From Stramenopiles sp. TOSAG23-2 (Eukaryota), in contig LT649281.1 of the NCBI GenBank assembly GCA_900128395.1, positions 1 to 46,291 of the forward strand: a stretch of 46,291 nucleotides of DNA, written 5' to 3'. The first letter of the stretch is position 1. Each line of letters opens with the position of its first letter. Positions 9,801-21,305 of the stretch are shown piece by piece. The notes under the pieces were generated by a model. It saw only the letters and a program-made list of their open reading frames with translations, did no database searches and was not told the origin of the DNA. Position numbers and translations under genes: made by a program.

Positions 9801-12671
9801 TAACATTTTAATGCCTTTTGCAAGATCGTAAAATTTTGTTGCACGTCCAACATCGTTTAACAAATATCGGTAAACAAGCGCCAAGTACATTGCCTTTTGT
9901 TGATTCATTTTGTCATTTTTCCATGTAAAAAAGACAATATGATAAAAAATCAAACTGTCTCTCTTAGTGGTATCAAAACGCAAGCCTTCGTTCATTAATT
10001 CCAAGGCATCATCAGGATTACGTGGATTTTCCATTAAATCAAGCAATGCTTTACTAAAACAAAATAGTGGCATGCGACCTAATACTAAATTGTGTTTTTT
10101 ATGAAATAACTTTGTAAATTCAACATCTAATTCAACTATATGAACATGTAAAAGTTGCATGCATTGAAACGTACGTTCCTCTGCTTTTGACATAACTGGT
10201 ACTGGGATGTCTTCTTGTTTCTTTGTCTTTTCCCCCTCACCTTCACCTTCATCATCATCATCTGATGATAATGTATTAGTCATATCCGCCATTTTATCAG
10301 CAAATGAAAATTTTGAGCTTTTCGTATATGATTCTTTATCTGGCAATTCAATTTCTAAACATTCATTATATTTACCAAAGTAAAAGTTAAACGCACGACG
10401 CTTTTTACCAACAGATATACGCATTAATAATCCTCGAACACGACTTTGCAATAATCTAATATGGTAATACCGATGTGCTACAATATTTTCCATGTTGGTT
10501 AAAACTCGTTCCATACCTTGTTCAATAGCAACTGTTTGTTGCAATTCGTAATATATATCCTTTGCCAAGTAAATTCTAAAAGCACATTGGATAATTAACG
10601 CTTTTGCATTTAAATTTGCTATTCGCATTCTGGCAAATGCTCCTCTTGTTTTTCGCTGCAATTCATTGACCCATATTAATGTACTTTTATATTTATATTG
10701 TTGGATAACACGTCGATAAAATGCTTGTATTTTAACCACAGTCGCTATGACAAATTTAAAAATCTTTTTTGTACCGTTTTCTTCATGCCTATACCACAAC
10801 ATGATGTTTCTTTTTCGCCTATATGCAAGCCATTGACGTATATACGACTGCAAAAACGTAGATGCATCTAATTCCAATCGTATTCTTGCAACATCCATTG
10901 CCCTACCGATAGCTTGAATACGTCCTTGTACACCGCGAAATATACGCTGTATCTGTATAGCCATTTTCCCTAGATGGACAAGGCGATCGTATAAAGCTCT
11001 AATTTCATCAGGTGTCAATTGCAATGGTTTTCCATTGTCTTTTTCGCGTTCAGCTGCTTTGCTACCTGGTCGTAACATTGGGAAAAAATTAACTAGATAT
11101 TTATCAGCTCTAAATTTTGCTGACAATTTCTCAGTAAATCGAATTCGAGCTGCACGTCCACGGTATATTTTCTGAATTTGAGTTGCTGCATGTGTCTTCT
11201 CATTAAATATCCTCTCCCTTTCTTCTCGTAGCGTATCATTTTTAAATTGGTCAAACCATAACGATACTGAATATCGTCTAAAGTTTTTTTGAATTAATGT
11301 AGCAGCAAAAAACCGTTCATGTAATGTAAATGGATCAAAAAGCAACAAGTTTTTTCGTTGGTGATAATAGTTATTATTGATGTCATCGGCGTTGTTATCC
11401 AATGGTGTAGCTTGCCGTGGTACAATATCGGTAACGTTGTTATACTCTGCTGTAATACGTGCCGGTGAAGATGTTATTTGTTGAAGTTGTTGCCTCACTA
11501 GCAATGGGTTTCTTTTATTTTGCAAATTGTTTTCATCGTTTTTAATTATTATTGCATCAATTGGATTGATTATCATATCACTTAGCGATGAATCTGTATT
11601 GTTAAGATTATTTTCATCTGGTGTTGGTGGATAACTTATTCTACCTTTGGTCAATGCTTGATTTAATATATCATTATCATAGTTCACAGCTGCTAATTCA
11701 CGTTCGTCTTTTTGTTCATCAACTTTTACTTTGCTGTTCTCCTCTTTATCAAAATTGTCATCAGCATTATTCTCTGCATTTGTTGGTGATTTCAAAACTT
11801 CATCTTCATATTTTTTCCATAATAATTGATATGTATTACCTGTTAATGCCATTTCTAGCTGTTCTAAATTCGATTCATCTAAATCAAATTTACCACGTTT
11901 CTTCCTTCGACTACTTTTTCTTGAATTAGAACTTTTATTGGATGCTCTAGATATGCTACTACTACTTCCAGAATGTTTTGTGCCGCGGCTATTTACATTT
12001 TGATTATCAACGTGTTTACTGGAGAAAGTTGTCATACTTGTACGTGTACTTATTGCACTATTAGGCGACTTGTATTCTACTATTGACGTATTATTATTAT
12101 TATTATCATCACTACTTTTTTGTTTTGCATTTGGTGACAATTTTTCTTGCATTACCTGTTGGTGTTGAACAAGAGGACTATTTGGTGTTTGGGGCGATTT
12201 CATTACATTATTATTTACATGGCTATCGTATGCAGAATCATTATAATTGATCGAAGAAGACGCTGTTGATGGTGGTAAACTCGGCAACAAGAGGCCTAAT
12301 GCAGTTGGTGATTTTTTAGATAAATGATGTATTTCTCGTAAGCCGCTGCTTACACGCATATTTTTTCGCATGCCACCACTTTTATTAAATAAATTTAAAC
12401 GTTTTGCATCGTGATTTCTAGATTTGACATCCGGCGGTGTACTTATTAAAAGATGTGTTCGCAAGTCTGAATACAACGAATTTCTTGCTTTTAATGTGGA
12501 TTCCTGTGGTGGTTCTGCTATCAATCTACGAGTCCCTTCAGGTGGTATATATTTTGACGGACCCATTAGTCTTCTCTTCCTTTTGTTGTACAATTTTAGT
12601 AATATTGGACTCTGATTGTTGCCAATGTTCCTATTATCATTTTTCGAGAGATTTGGAAACAACCAAGACAT
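6870..12671 (-). CDS. Large multi-IQ-motif calmodulin-binding protein with a WW-like module and TPR-like helices
   Basis: 1933-aa uninterrupted ORF with more than 10 IQxxxRG-like motifs (IQKIYRGRAAR, IQRIFRGVQGR, IQAYFRGILGR, IQSCFRGISSR). WIEVDDP...YWWCQTTNETT is WW-like; YYEAHLCYQKATSLNP is TPR-like. Confidence 0.85.
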   Translation of the reverse strand: MSWLFPNLSKNDNRNIGNNQSPILLKLYNKRKRRLMGPSKYIPPEGTRRLIAEPPQESTLKARNSLYSDLRTHLLISTPPDVKSRNHDAKRLNLFNKSGGMRKNMRVSSGLREIHHLSKKSPTALGLLLPSLPPSTASSSINYNDSAYDSHVNNNVMKSPQTPNSPLVQHQQVMQEKLSPNAKQKSSDDNNNNNTSIVEYKSPNSAISTRTSMTTFSSKHVDNQNVNSRGTKHSGSSSSISRASNKSSNSRKSSRRKKRGKFDLDESNLEQLEMALTGNTYQLLWKKYEDEVLKSPTNAENNADDNFDKEENSKVKVDEQKDERELAAVNYDNDILNQALTKGRISYPPTPDENNLNNTDSSLSDMIINPIDAIIIKNDENNLQNKRNPLLVRQQLQQITSSPARITAEYNNVTDIVPRQATPLDNNADDINNNYYHQRKNLLLFDPFTLHERFFAATLIQKNFRRYSVSLWFDQFKNDTLREERERIFNEKTHAATQIQKIYRGRAARIRFTEKLSAKFRADKYLVNFFPMLRPGSKAAEREKDNGKPLQLTPDEIRALYDRLVHLGKMAIQIQRIFRGVQGRIQAIGRAMDVARIRLELDASTFLQSYIRQWLAYRRKRNIMLWYRHEENGTKKIFKFVIATVVKIQAFYRRVIQQYKYKSTLIWVNELQRKTRGAFARMRIANLNAKALIIQCAFRIYLAKDIYYELQQTVAIEQGMERVLTNMENIVAHRYYHIRLLQSRVRGLLMRISVGKKRRAFNFYFGKYNECLEIELPDKESYTKSSKFSFADKMADMTNTLSSDDDDEGEGEGEKTKKQEDIPVPVMSKAEERTFQCMQLLHVHIVELDVEFTKLFHKKHNLVLGRMPLFCFSKALLDLMENPRNPDDALELMNEGLRFDTTKRDSLIFYHIVFFTWKNDKMNQQKAMYLALVYRYLLNDVGRATKFYDLAKGIKMLPRTHPIAEHCQLFQRIQDDNIKSGDSFHNLLCVTKRRVDDIKLEIRVLRSGDNLLISGQLWDRVRKKREELAKAGKNNLRYAIRGIKEYRRIVMAKEVNEILYRLDRPRLLRPRYGEQLAKAFLPMLVMTTVKGRGQKLDIKFKQEPYPKMTILTTQRQVYLSLVVSQDDNGGLRILAVSEDGNEYKLWFQYKEIRELFLDYPVLWYHRKVPGWRDKGDKLLQMLVANLELHDRKKMVKRVVKDKYELSKWERTLYEEGNLTEEVKYIALDFINSKKRKLNAKNNFAAICIQAYFRGILGREKARLYKIYVMSTKLQQFWRNQRARYFLNLCMWYSRRYWAAVKIQRQMRRFLAIKHSGIYFGELLLLRTIKFKTILWKLQHQTSGVVARFNRNANSISNIINYVSYQIAYKQNYELAKEILAGQRDIGDDDTTATTSTDVEVEGKIIEKKKKKERKPEQPLLIFLKAIVHFLTTPKKKVELKNLLKPTVLLDPKAESFHYFYDIYFNRYALIHYNNPSGNINKAVCDYVLYSKRHEALNNLKQVHESLVNAREAKQWIEVDDPEDEESGLTYWWCQTTNETTHVGMPCPDDAQIEHVESMIAVITDDIRERRRAATKIQSCFRGISSRDQSAGETFKLLVKQKLFVERITIAVEAKLKHEAQEKVMAKLQKAWEKHNKKLIGNKLEPISLVKYKRLLDCKKRGVDYNSEDYSSSDEDSTEEDEDSNDEIESTSDFEPKAIEAYVFYLHLFLHNYKKARWAYENFVSQMPLGDSLQFGNLLLNFAEVEDEEEVEHRIESMESFIMETDMGEPFYDIFDRQILQLSIRKHRYQAKNIAMSKSLLARGIFLQIVRKDYYEAHLCYQKATSLNPSNRSIQCVYNVFIDRGYGAISSPVLQRRKAKIQRLASKLEWRNKKWLERLQRQKELEKKKKDERRRQRKEKRLKEQMEMETFVKGGTTMGRTKKEVGEEEEEPLV

Positions 12672-13771
12672 GCTTTATACTCTTATATTTAAATATTATT
12701 GGGTGTCTTCAAGGCATATATATATATACCGATGCAATCAGCGTATATAGTTTTTATTGATACCGTTTCCTATTACTGAATAAAAATTATAGAGTATCAA
12801 CATATTGATATATACTGTATGCAATATTGAAGTGAAGTATATATATATGTTAATGTTCACCACAGGTTTAAGTTTGTTCACTATACTAAAATGCTGAAAA
12901 TGTTATATCATACTTTTGTTAATTACCGACATTTTCCATTAAAGTTAGCACCTGAGATCTGTATACGAAATATGGAAGAAAACCATACATTTTTACAAGT
13001 GTATAATTAAAAGCATCTTGTTACACACAATTTCAAATCCTAGGTTACAGATTTTTGGTATAAATATCCGCCATTTCTAAGTGTTAAAATTTCTGACTTG
13101 ATGAAGCATTTATATGTAATTTATTCAAAGACAGTATTTACTGAGACATACTCGTTAATCCGTTTAATCTTACGATGAAAATAGTATTGTTACAATGATG
13201 AGTTTAGTAAGATAGAATGATTGCGAATTGGCTTGAGTACAAATATAAAATTATTTTTCTGTAGTAGCGTTGTATAGCGTTTCTTTGTTTCTTCTTTGTT
13301 TCTTTATTTTTTTCTCGGTTACACCACGTATTATATTTAGCATGGCATATCATCATCATCAATAATACTATATAAAAAAAGCAAAAAAAAAAACTCAACA
13401 ACAACATACTACAAACAACAAACAACAAACAACAACAACATAAACAACAAACAAAAAACCAACATATATATTCATTATAATTATAAAGCAATAATCACAA
13501 CAATTTCTGTTTTATAGATAGAATTAAATTAGAAATATTATTCAGGCAGATAGTCAACAGAGTCACTATCCTCACTATAAGTTCCACAATCTTTGACCAA
13601 AACCAAACTTTGCATTTTAATAATCATTACTTGTATCTGTCTTGCCAATAGTAATTACTAATTTATAGACTATTATTGTTCAAAATATTGTAAAAAATAT
13701 TATCACAGTCTTTTACGTTTGAGTATATAACAATAATTATCCCTCCATAGTAGAAATAAATTTATTAAGCA

Positions 13772-14938
13772 ATGTCAAACGGAGCTAAAAATGATAATAC
13801 CGGTGCATTTATGACCGAGGTTGATGTGCAAGACCAAGAACCTGTATCACGTGTAGAAGATGAAACGTTTCTATTCCAAGAAGATCCAAATAGACAACAA
13901 TTACCAACACAAACACGCTGGCCAATTGTAGCGGAGGACGTTGCTGAAAGTATGGGAATACCAGAGGGGAGGATGTTAAGACAATGGCGTGGCTATTTTA
14001 ATTCAGAACCATGCGCTGCAATCGTTAGAGATATATTTTGGTATTGCTTTTGTAAATTTTATAAAGATGTAAAGAAAGATAGACAGGCAAAATGGGATGT
14101 TAAAAAATTAAAAAACAGAGTTGCTGAAAATTATGCTAAATTATTACATGAAGTTACGGTGAATAATGGTCATCGTGATTTATTTTTACCAGGTATTACA
14201 AATGCAGTTGCACAAGCAGTATTTTTAATATTCTATCATTCATACCCACGTTCAAGGGCAAAGTTGACAGATGATTTTAAAATTAATGTAATAGATACAT
14301 GTTCAGCATGGTTGTCTGGAACAAGGCCATCAAATCCATATTTTCAACATTGGCAAAATTCATTAAAGGAAAAAAAACGTGGTGGTGCATCAATGTTAAA
14401 AAGTAGTAGTGGGGGTGGTGGTGGAAATAGTCCATCTAGCGGTATGCAATTTACTAGAAGAAAGAAAGAAACAGCAGACTCAATGCCAATACGTAGAAAA
14501 GCACGATTAAAGCAACGAACCGTCGCATTTGAACATACTCCATTAATGCATCGTTTTTTAACACATAAACATGGACCAAAATTTAATACGATGACAAAGG
14601 TGAAAGTGCGAATGACAGAGGATCCAGGAAGACCTATTTTATGTAGTGAAAAACCGAAAGTGATTAAAGCGAAACCGGGTGCAGAACAATTAGATGGAAC
14701 GCAAGAAGAAACATTTAAAGATGTGGTACGAGATACAAGGAAACGAATGCAATCTTTAATGTCACAACATACAACTGCATTAACCTTAGTATTAAATGAA
14801 ACAGCCGCAGATAGACGTGAATTATATAGAGCAGAGAAAGAATTAGAAAGTAAATATCAAGCAATTAAAAATACTGATATTCACGAGTATAGTAACTTTT
14901 TAGTGAGCAAAGCTGCAGCAGCAGAGATGAAGCATTAA
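13772..14938 (+). CDS. FAM227: FAM227 (FWWh-domain) family protein
   Basis: IVRDIFWYCFCKFYK, RVAENYAKLL, RDLFL...AVAQAVFLIFYHSYPRS...FK...WLSG match the FWWh domain as I recall it. Confidence 0.8.
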   Translation: MSNGAKNDNTGAFMTEVDVQDQEPVSRVEDETFLFQEDPNRQQLPTQTRWPIVAEDVAESMGIPEGRMLRQWRGYFNSEPCAAIVRDIFWYCFCKFYKDVKKDRQAKWDVKKLKNRVAENYAKLLHEVTVNNGHRDLFLPGITNAVAQAVFLIFYHSYPRSRAKLTDDFKINVIDTCSAWLSGTRPSNPYFQHWQNSLKEKKRGGASMLKSSSGGGGGNSPSSGMQFTRRKKETADSMPIRRKARLKQRTVAFEHTPLMHRFLTHKHGPKFNTMTKVKVRMTEDPGRPILCSEKPKVIKAKPGAEQLDGTQEETFKDVVRDTRKRMQSLMSQHTTALTLVLNETAADRRELYRAEKELESKYQAIKNTDIHEYSNFLVSKAAAAEMKH

Positions 14939-15473
14939 AAGCGCATTTAAAAAAAAAAGAGGATTATTTTTGGAAACGCAAGATTTAGAGGTGTCATAAT
15001 AAAGTACGTTCGTAATGACTGATAATATATATATTACTCGTGTAGTATATGACTGTACTTTCAACCATATCTCATATTATGATATATTATGTGCCATTTA
15101 AAATATATGTGAGATAATATTCAAAAAAACACTAAAACTTTTATACTCTCCTCAAAATCTAGTTAAAAATACCACAGAGTACAACACGGTATACACGCTT
15201 CTCCGCGTGTATTTATAAGTGTGTGTACTATCATCTCAAACTTTTATTATTTTTGATGATACGGAGTCGTCTGCTGCTGGGTCATATATATAAAAAATTC
15301 TCTTATATTAAGACGGTTAAAATCTTATATATATATTATATTATCTGTATTTGAGCATATTACTTAACACGGAGAAGAGTATAAAATTTTTATAACACAC
15401 TACGATAAAATACAAAATATTATCAAGATTTTTAAATATGTGCCTAGATTTATAAAAATATGAATAATAAATT

Positions 15474-17981
15474 TTACAATTTTGCATTTTCTTTTAATGG
15501 TGCAAGTCCTTGATCTAAATATTCTGACATGCCATAACCTGTCTTGCCTATTAAATTTTTATCCGTAGCATTTACAATCGTATAACGTGTCAATGCTTCC
15601 CCGATATATGTATGTTCACCATTACGAATACTTCTTAATGGCATGAAACCTATTGCCGTACCATGAATTTCGATTTTATTTTTGCCTTTTTCCGTTTCAA
15701 TATTGATTTTTAAGCGATTGTGACGTCGTAAGACGGCGTCGCTGCCACCAGGTCTTTCAATACCATCAAACCATACATCATCGTCATCACTTGATGAAAA
15801 TATACCATTTTCCATGTAAGGTGAACTGTAAGCAGTAGATACATCCATTTTACTGATACGTTCTGAACCAGTAGCACCTCTTTGTATGATTCCATGGCCA
15901 TTTCCCATGGCCCATGTACTGGATAAACCAACATCTGACCCAAAATTACCATTTAAAAATCGATATGATTTTGTTTTTGACCAATGTCTAGGTCCCCAGC
16001 TTTTGTCACGCATACCATTTCCATTGACGTCGTACTTTTTACCATCAACTTCAACAAAACCTGTTACTTTCATATGTTGTTCATAATGGTTTCTTGCAAA
16101 TTGATTTTCATCCGCTTTACGCTTTGCTTCTCGTTCTACCGGATCTTCAATGGCATCATAATAATTATCAGCGGAATAACCAGTCACAACGCCAGCATAC
16201 TCATGCACTAAATGTATATGTACATTTACTTGTTCGACATCATTGTTTGATTTGTCCGCCGCTGCTCTGTAAACATTACGTGGGTTTAACATTTGCATTG
16301 GTTTATTTAACAAGAATGTCCTACCTTTGTAGATAGTTTCGATTTTTCTCATAGGTTTCTTGATATTAATTTCCAATCCACCTGCATGAAAACCATTATT
16401 TGTCTTAATTTTCGCACGTTTGAATACAAATAATACCTTGTTAATTTGCGGCAAATAAACACAAATAGTCATCTCTGCTTGACCTTCATTTGCACGATTT
16501 CCCATTCTTAAAAACCCACCAGAAGATTCAGAACGATCATGGAAATTGAAATAAACACCTGTTTGTATGTTTTTATATGTATATATTATATTGCATATTA
16601 TGTATAGGACTTTGTGTTAGAGAGAAGAGTATAATTTGCTTGCAATACATACATATATATTATACTTACTTTCATTGTAATTTTCAACATCTGGAGGCAA
16701 TTTATGACAATAATCATCTGTTTGTTTGATATTTCCAATAACTGGTACGGGGTCAACAGGATCTAATGTATCTTCTAACATTTTAATATACCCTTTTGTA
16801 ACATCCCACATTGCCAATGTTCCTTCCCCAAATTGTTTTGCCATTGGATTTGATGCTTGACCAGCAGCATAACGTGCTGCAATACCTTGTGCAATAATTG
16901 TTCCACGCCAATAATAAAATCCAGAATAAAAATTCCAATATGGATCAGGAAATGGGCGATTGACTAATGCTGAATATTGTTGTAGCAATTCATCTTGCGT
17001 TGGAATCCCTTCACTTTCTTTTGCATCTAAACCTTTTAATCCACCAAATATTCCTTTTTTCACATTTTCTTCACTTGAAAATTGCCCGTTATATGTACTG
17101 GCACATAAATTAGCCATGTCTAACATCGGATGACCAATCGTACTTAATTCCCAATCCAATAAGGCAACAATTCGTGGTTCGGTTGGATGAAAGATGAAAT
17201 TATCAAATTTATAATCACCATGTACAATTTGTACTTCATCATCCGGGGAAAATTGATTTAAACGCTCTGCTACTTGGCGCGCACCTAATTTTGGAACTGT
17301 ATCTGAAACGGCTTCTTGCAACTCTGATACTTTTGAAATAGATTGTAATTGTCGACCAAAATAATTACCAGCACGTCCATAATCTTCTAAACCAACTTTA
17401 CGCCAATCAGCCATGTGTAATTTCGCAATGACTTCCACGACTGATTTGTAACATGCTTTTTTCTCCTCTGGGGATAAGCCATACAATACTGGTGATCCAA
17501 AGATACGACCTTCCACAAAATCCATGACAAAAAAGTCAACCCCTAAAATACTAGGATCTTGGCAAAGAACATGTACTTCAGGCACTGGTATCACACCTTG
17601 CAATGCTTTCATAATGGTATATTCACGTGCAACTTGATGAGCAGTCTTATTGGATAATTTGCCAGGTGGTTGTTTCCTCATAACAAATTTTCTACCATTT
17701 GTTGTATTTAACAAATACGTCGGATTACTTTGCCCAACATTGAATTGCCTAACATTGACATTAGTATTTTTAAAATGTTCCGGTACTTGAGCTGCAAGGT
17801 AAGATATTAATTTATCTACATTAAACGTACTTCGGATGTCGTTTGACCAATTAATTCATTTTCACTGGTTAAAATGTTCCGGTACTTGAGCTGCAAGGTA
17901 AGATATTAATTTATCTACATTAATTTCTAAACGTACTTCGGATGTCGTTTGACCAATTAATTCATTTTCATTGGATGCCAT
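15474..17981 (-). CDS. ACAD10/11-type aminoglycoside-phosphotransferase-like kinase fused to a C-terminal DUF7064/DUF7065-like beta domain (2 exons)
   Basis: Start ATG at 17981 ([11 protein letters not shown]...) once the 17770-17868 duplicate is removed. Kinase motifs [39 protein letters not shown]. Intron 16559-16669 joins the frame to NES-VYFNFHD...[13 protein letters not shown] and [12 protein letters not shown]. Ends in AKL. Confidence 0.85.
16559..16669 (-). other. Spliceosomal intron (111 nt)
   Basis: GTAAGT donor, CTAAC branch point (16616-16620), CAG acceptor. Splicing fuses ORFs 16617..17714 and 15474..16505 in frame. Confidence 0.9.
17770..17970. repeat. Tandem duplication of about 100 bp within the 5' end of the kinase gene
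   Basis: Copies at 17770-17864 and 17869-17970. The first lacks 7 bp (aatttct). As assembled, the duplication introduces a stop (HFNQ*). Confidence 0.9.
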
Positions 17982-18637
17982 GTTCAATAATATATAATGC
18001 TCGTTTTTTTTTTATTTTTTTGTTTGTTTAAATTGGTTTTTTGTATTTTCTTCACTATATATATGTATTTGTGTGTATATCCCCCTGGTATATTATATAT
18101 TATAGTTATATAAATAAATAAATGACTATATATAAGTGTATACAACAATCTATTAATTATGTTGTCCCTCCTATTGCTATTACTTCGTTCTCTATCGATA
18201 CATTGATTGATGCAGCCTATATATATCTATAGATATAAATATAAAAGATATACCATCCAACATTTGTTCATTAGACTGAGCGAGATGGATGATGGAAAAA
18301 GTATTTGGAAATTTATTACATAAAAATGAAATATTAAAATGGAAACTGTATTATATAGAATATTAATACTTTCAACCATATATTGTTAAAGGAAACTAAA
18401 AAAATGGATATTATGTTTAGAAAAATGAACTACTTTTTTGGGTATTTATGTATTTTAGTCTTCCCAATATACCTTAAACAATTGACTCTCGGACTTTATT
18501 AAAACCAGAAAGAATTCTTTCTGTTTAAACTTGTGGAAAACCACACGAGGTTGCCCAGGTATATAAATTAACTTCTCTGGGAAAACCATTAGAAAATATA
18601 TTATTACGGCCATGTATGTATATCTATCTATATCTAT

Positions 18638-20938
18638 TTATGTTGATGTTGTCAATTCAATATCACTTGTTAAAACTACAGTATTTTTTGTCGTATTCTT
18701 ATTATTTTTCGCTTTGCCATTATTAGAATCTTCTTCCTCCTTCTCCTCCTCTAAATCAATATGATGTTTTGACCAACAACAACAACAACAAAAACATATT
18801 TGATGGCAAGGAAATAAGATTAAATTTGTTTCTACATTATCATCATCATTCATCAACTCATTGTCATACATTGATTTTGAATCTATTGAGGCTAATATAT
18901 TATTACGACTAGATTGTTTTCGCATGCATTTAGTTAAACACCATTCACAACTACCTTTGAATTGAAAACGTTCCAATACAATTGCTAATAAATACCAAAA
19001 AAGAATAATAACAAATAGAACTAAAAATATATTCCATTCATATTCACGTGAACCATTTGGTCGACTTATCCATGGTTTTTGTCGTCCACCAATTTCATCA
19101 AATAACATGCATATCAATAAATTCAAAAATTGAAATACCCATAATGTCAATGTAATTGCACCAAATCGACGTGCAGATCTACATCTATTTTTCACAAATT
19201 TCAATCTTTCTTTATTATTTTCCACTATTACTAATAAAAATAAAACTAACGCAATTTCACCGCCACCACAAAATAATCGAATATGGCTACCTGCTTGAAG
19301 TGCTACATCATCACTCCTCCACACTATTAATAACACAAATATAATAAAACCAATAAAAAATGCAATAAAACAATTCAATAACATAATACGCAACCATTTC
19401 AATTGTAATATTACAAATGATTTTTTATCATTTCTTAATAATGTTGTTGGAATAGTAGACGATGATGATGACGATGAAAATATTATTGCATTTGTTTTAC
19501 GTTCAAATATAATAACAATTCCAATAAAACTACCAATTAAACTTGGTGCTAAATATGCAAATATACCAAATCTCCCGAACAATGGTTGAAGTAAAAAAAT
19601 AATTAAAATAGTACCACCTATACCACCAGCCTTTACTTCATCATATCCAATATCAACACCACGTCCCCACCAAGGTTTCAATTTACATATTTTCCCTACA
19701 AACGTAGCATTTTCTGTTCCAATTCCAACTTGAACTGTACACCATAAACGCCCAACATTTCCTAAACCATGTGTATGTATACCATATTTAGAATCACGTT
19801 TACCATAATTATTTAAAATAGTATTGCATGCAAGATCACGTTCAGAAGATATGCTCATATTTAATTGATGGATATCATCGTCGGAGGAAGTTTTTTTATT
19901 GTTGTTTAAAATAATCAATGGTCGTTTTCCAACATCACGATAACCACCTGTATTATTTGTATAATATATATTATTAATAATATTTTGAAAATCACATAAT
20001 GTATATCTCTTCTTCTCCTTTGTATTAAATGCATGTTCTTCTTCTCCATTTTCTTGTTTGGTCCATGTAATTGGTACACCGTTTTTCACAATACTACATG
20101 TATTATTTGGTGGTAATATAATTTCTTTTGGAGAAGATAATGTATTAAATCCATCATTACTTGGATAATAGGAACAATCTGTTGGTGTACAACATGTTAA
20201 ATGATCTAATCCTACACGTAATATCGGATTAAATATAAGTATTAAAATCACTAACATTGTATATAATTTCATAATTTTCTGCAATGTCCATTTACGTGAT
20301 AATACTTCAATTGTTATTAATGATGTTATCAATGTAGAAAAACCAATTCCTTCTATTATAAAATTTCGTACAAAAGGATTTATAAATAACCATTCCAATT
20401 CTTCATTAGTTAAACGTCCTAATCCACCATTTGAATAATGCATGATAATATTATTTTCAACTATACGATAGACAAATAATTGAGATAAATAACCAACTGC
20501 AATCAACATGAAAGATCGATTTATTTGTGAATATCTTATATTCTTTATGGTGGTTTGAAAATTATAGTCTTTTTCATCGTCGTTGTTTGATTTATTATTG
20601 TTGTTGTTGTTGTTGTTGTTATACAAACGTTTGAAAATGGAAATGGAAGTACCAAGGGATGATAATACAAAAAATAAACCAGACATACCACCGACATAAT
20701 ATAAAAGCAGTGTATATGGTGTTTTGGATAAATCTTGTAATTTTCGTTCATCTACACAATATTGTGTTGCATGTAATAATAAAACCATGATAATAGCTAC
20801 ACCGCGTAAAGAATCAATAGTTAATAATCTACCTTTTAAACTTTCATTGTATTTAATTGAATATATTAATTGTATGAAATTATTATTATTATTATTATTA
20901 TCTTCAAGATTATTTCTTTGTATATTATTTATTTCCAT
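18638..20938 (-). CDS. Multi-pass membrane acyltransferase-like protein (DxxRG HGSNAT/DUF1624-type N-terminus, DUF418-like C-terminus)
   Basis: 766 aa. RLLTIDSLRGVAIIMVLLLH, LFFVLSSLG, about 10-11 hydrophobic segments, FGAITLTLWVFQ and RFQFKGSCEW. Confidence 0.7.
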   Translation of the reverse strand: MEINNIQRNNLEDNNNNNNNFIQLIYSIKYNESLKGRLLTIDSLRGVAIIMVLLLHATQYCVDERKLQDLSKTPYTLLLYYVGGMSGLFFVLSSLGTSISIFKRLYNNNNNNNNNKSNNDDEKDYNFQTTIKNIRYSQINRSFMLIAVGYLSQLFVYRIVENNIIMHYSNGGLGRLTNEELEWLFINPFVRNFIIEGIGFSTLITSLITIEVLSRKWTLQKIMKLYTMLVILILIFNPILRVGLDHLTCCTPTDCSYYPSNDGFNTLSSPKEIILPPNNTCSIVKNGVPITWTKQENGEEEHAFNTKEKKRYTLCDFQNIINNIYYTNNTGGYRDVGKRPLIILNNNKKTSSDDDIHQLNMSISSERDLACNTILNNYGKRDSKYGIHTHGLGNVGRLWCTVQVGIGTENATFVGKICKLKPWWGRGVDIGYDEVKAGGIGGTILIIFLLQPLFGRFGIFAYLAPSLIGSFIGIVIIFERKTNAIIFSSSSSSSTIPTTLLRNDKKSFVILQLKWLRIMLLNCFIAFFIGFIIFVLLIVWRSDDVALQAGSHIRLFCGGGEIALVLFLLVIVENNKERLKFVKNRCRSARRFGAITLTLWVFQFLNLLICMLFDEIGGRQKPWISRPNGSREYEWNIFLVLFVIILFWYLLAIVLERFQFKGSCEWCLTKCMRKQSSRNNILASIDSKSMYDNELMNDDDNVETNLILFPCHQICFCCCCCWSKHHIDLEEEKEEEDSNNGKAKNNKNTTKNTVVLTSDIELTTST

Positions 20939-21042
20939 TTTGTTGTTTCTGCCTTTATTAATACTAAATTTTTATATTTTATATAAAATAATTTTAAATT
21001 AATTTTTAAATTTAAAAAAAAAAAAAAAATTACGTAAAAAAC

Positions 21043-21130
21043 GTTGTTAAGTGGTATGTAAATAACAAAAGGTATTATATATGAAAATAAACAATTGAAA
21101 TATACACGCGTGCTTTTGTTATATATATAT
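21043..21130. repeat. Copy 1 of a diverged upstream element of about 90 bp
   Basis: gttgttaagtggtatgtaaa...aaggtattatatatgaaaataaacaattgaaatatacacgcgtgcttttgttatatatata; homologous to 23054-23150. Confidence 0.85.
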
Positions 21131-21305
21131 ATTATAATTTTAATAATTATAATTATATATATTTCTTCACACTTCACTTCACATACATATATAGTTAAAG
21201 CAGAGAGGTCTGGTTAAAGGGAGAATATGATATTTTGAATTGATATAGAAATATATATAGGGATATTGTAGTTGGTAGTATATAAATATATATATATATT
21301 AATTA

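Noticed and set aside
13639-13655. RFX X-box-like motif upstream of FAM227
   Set aside because: Imperfect match in AT-rich DNA, and no evidence that this lineage uses RFX.
15135-15390. Imperfect inverted repeat (ttttatactctcctc / gagaagagtataaaa) between convergent genes
   Set aside because: Short, AT-rich and mismatched, with no further copies as a pair. Not enough to call an element.
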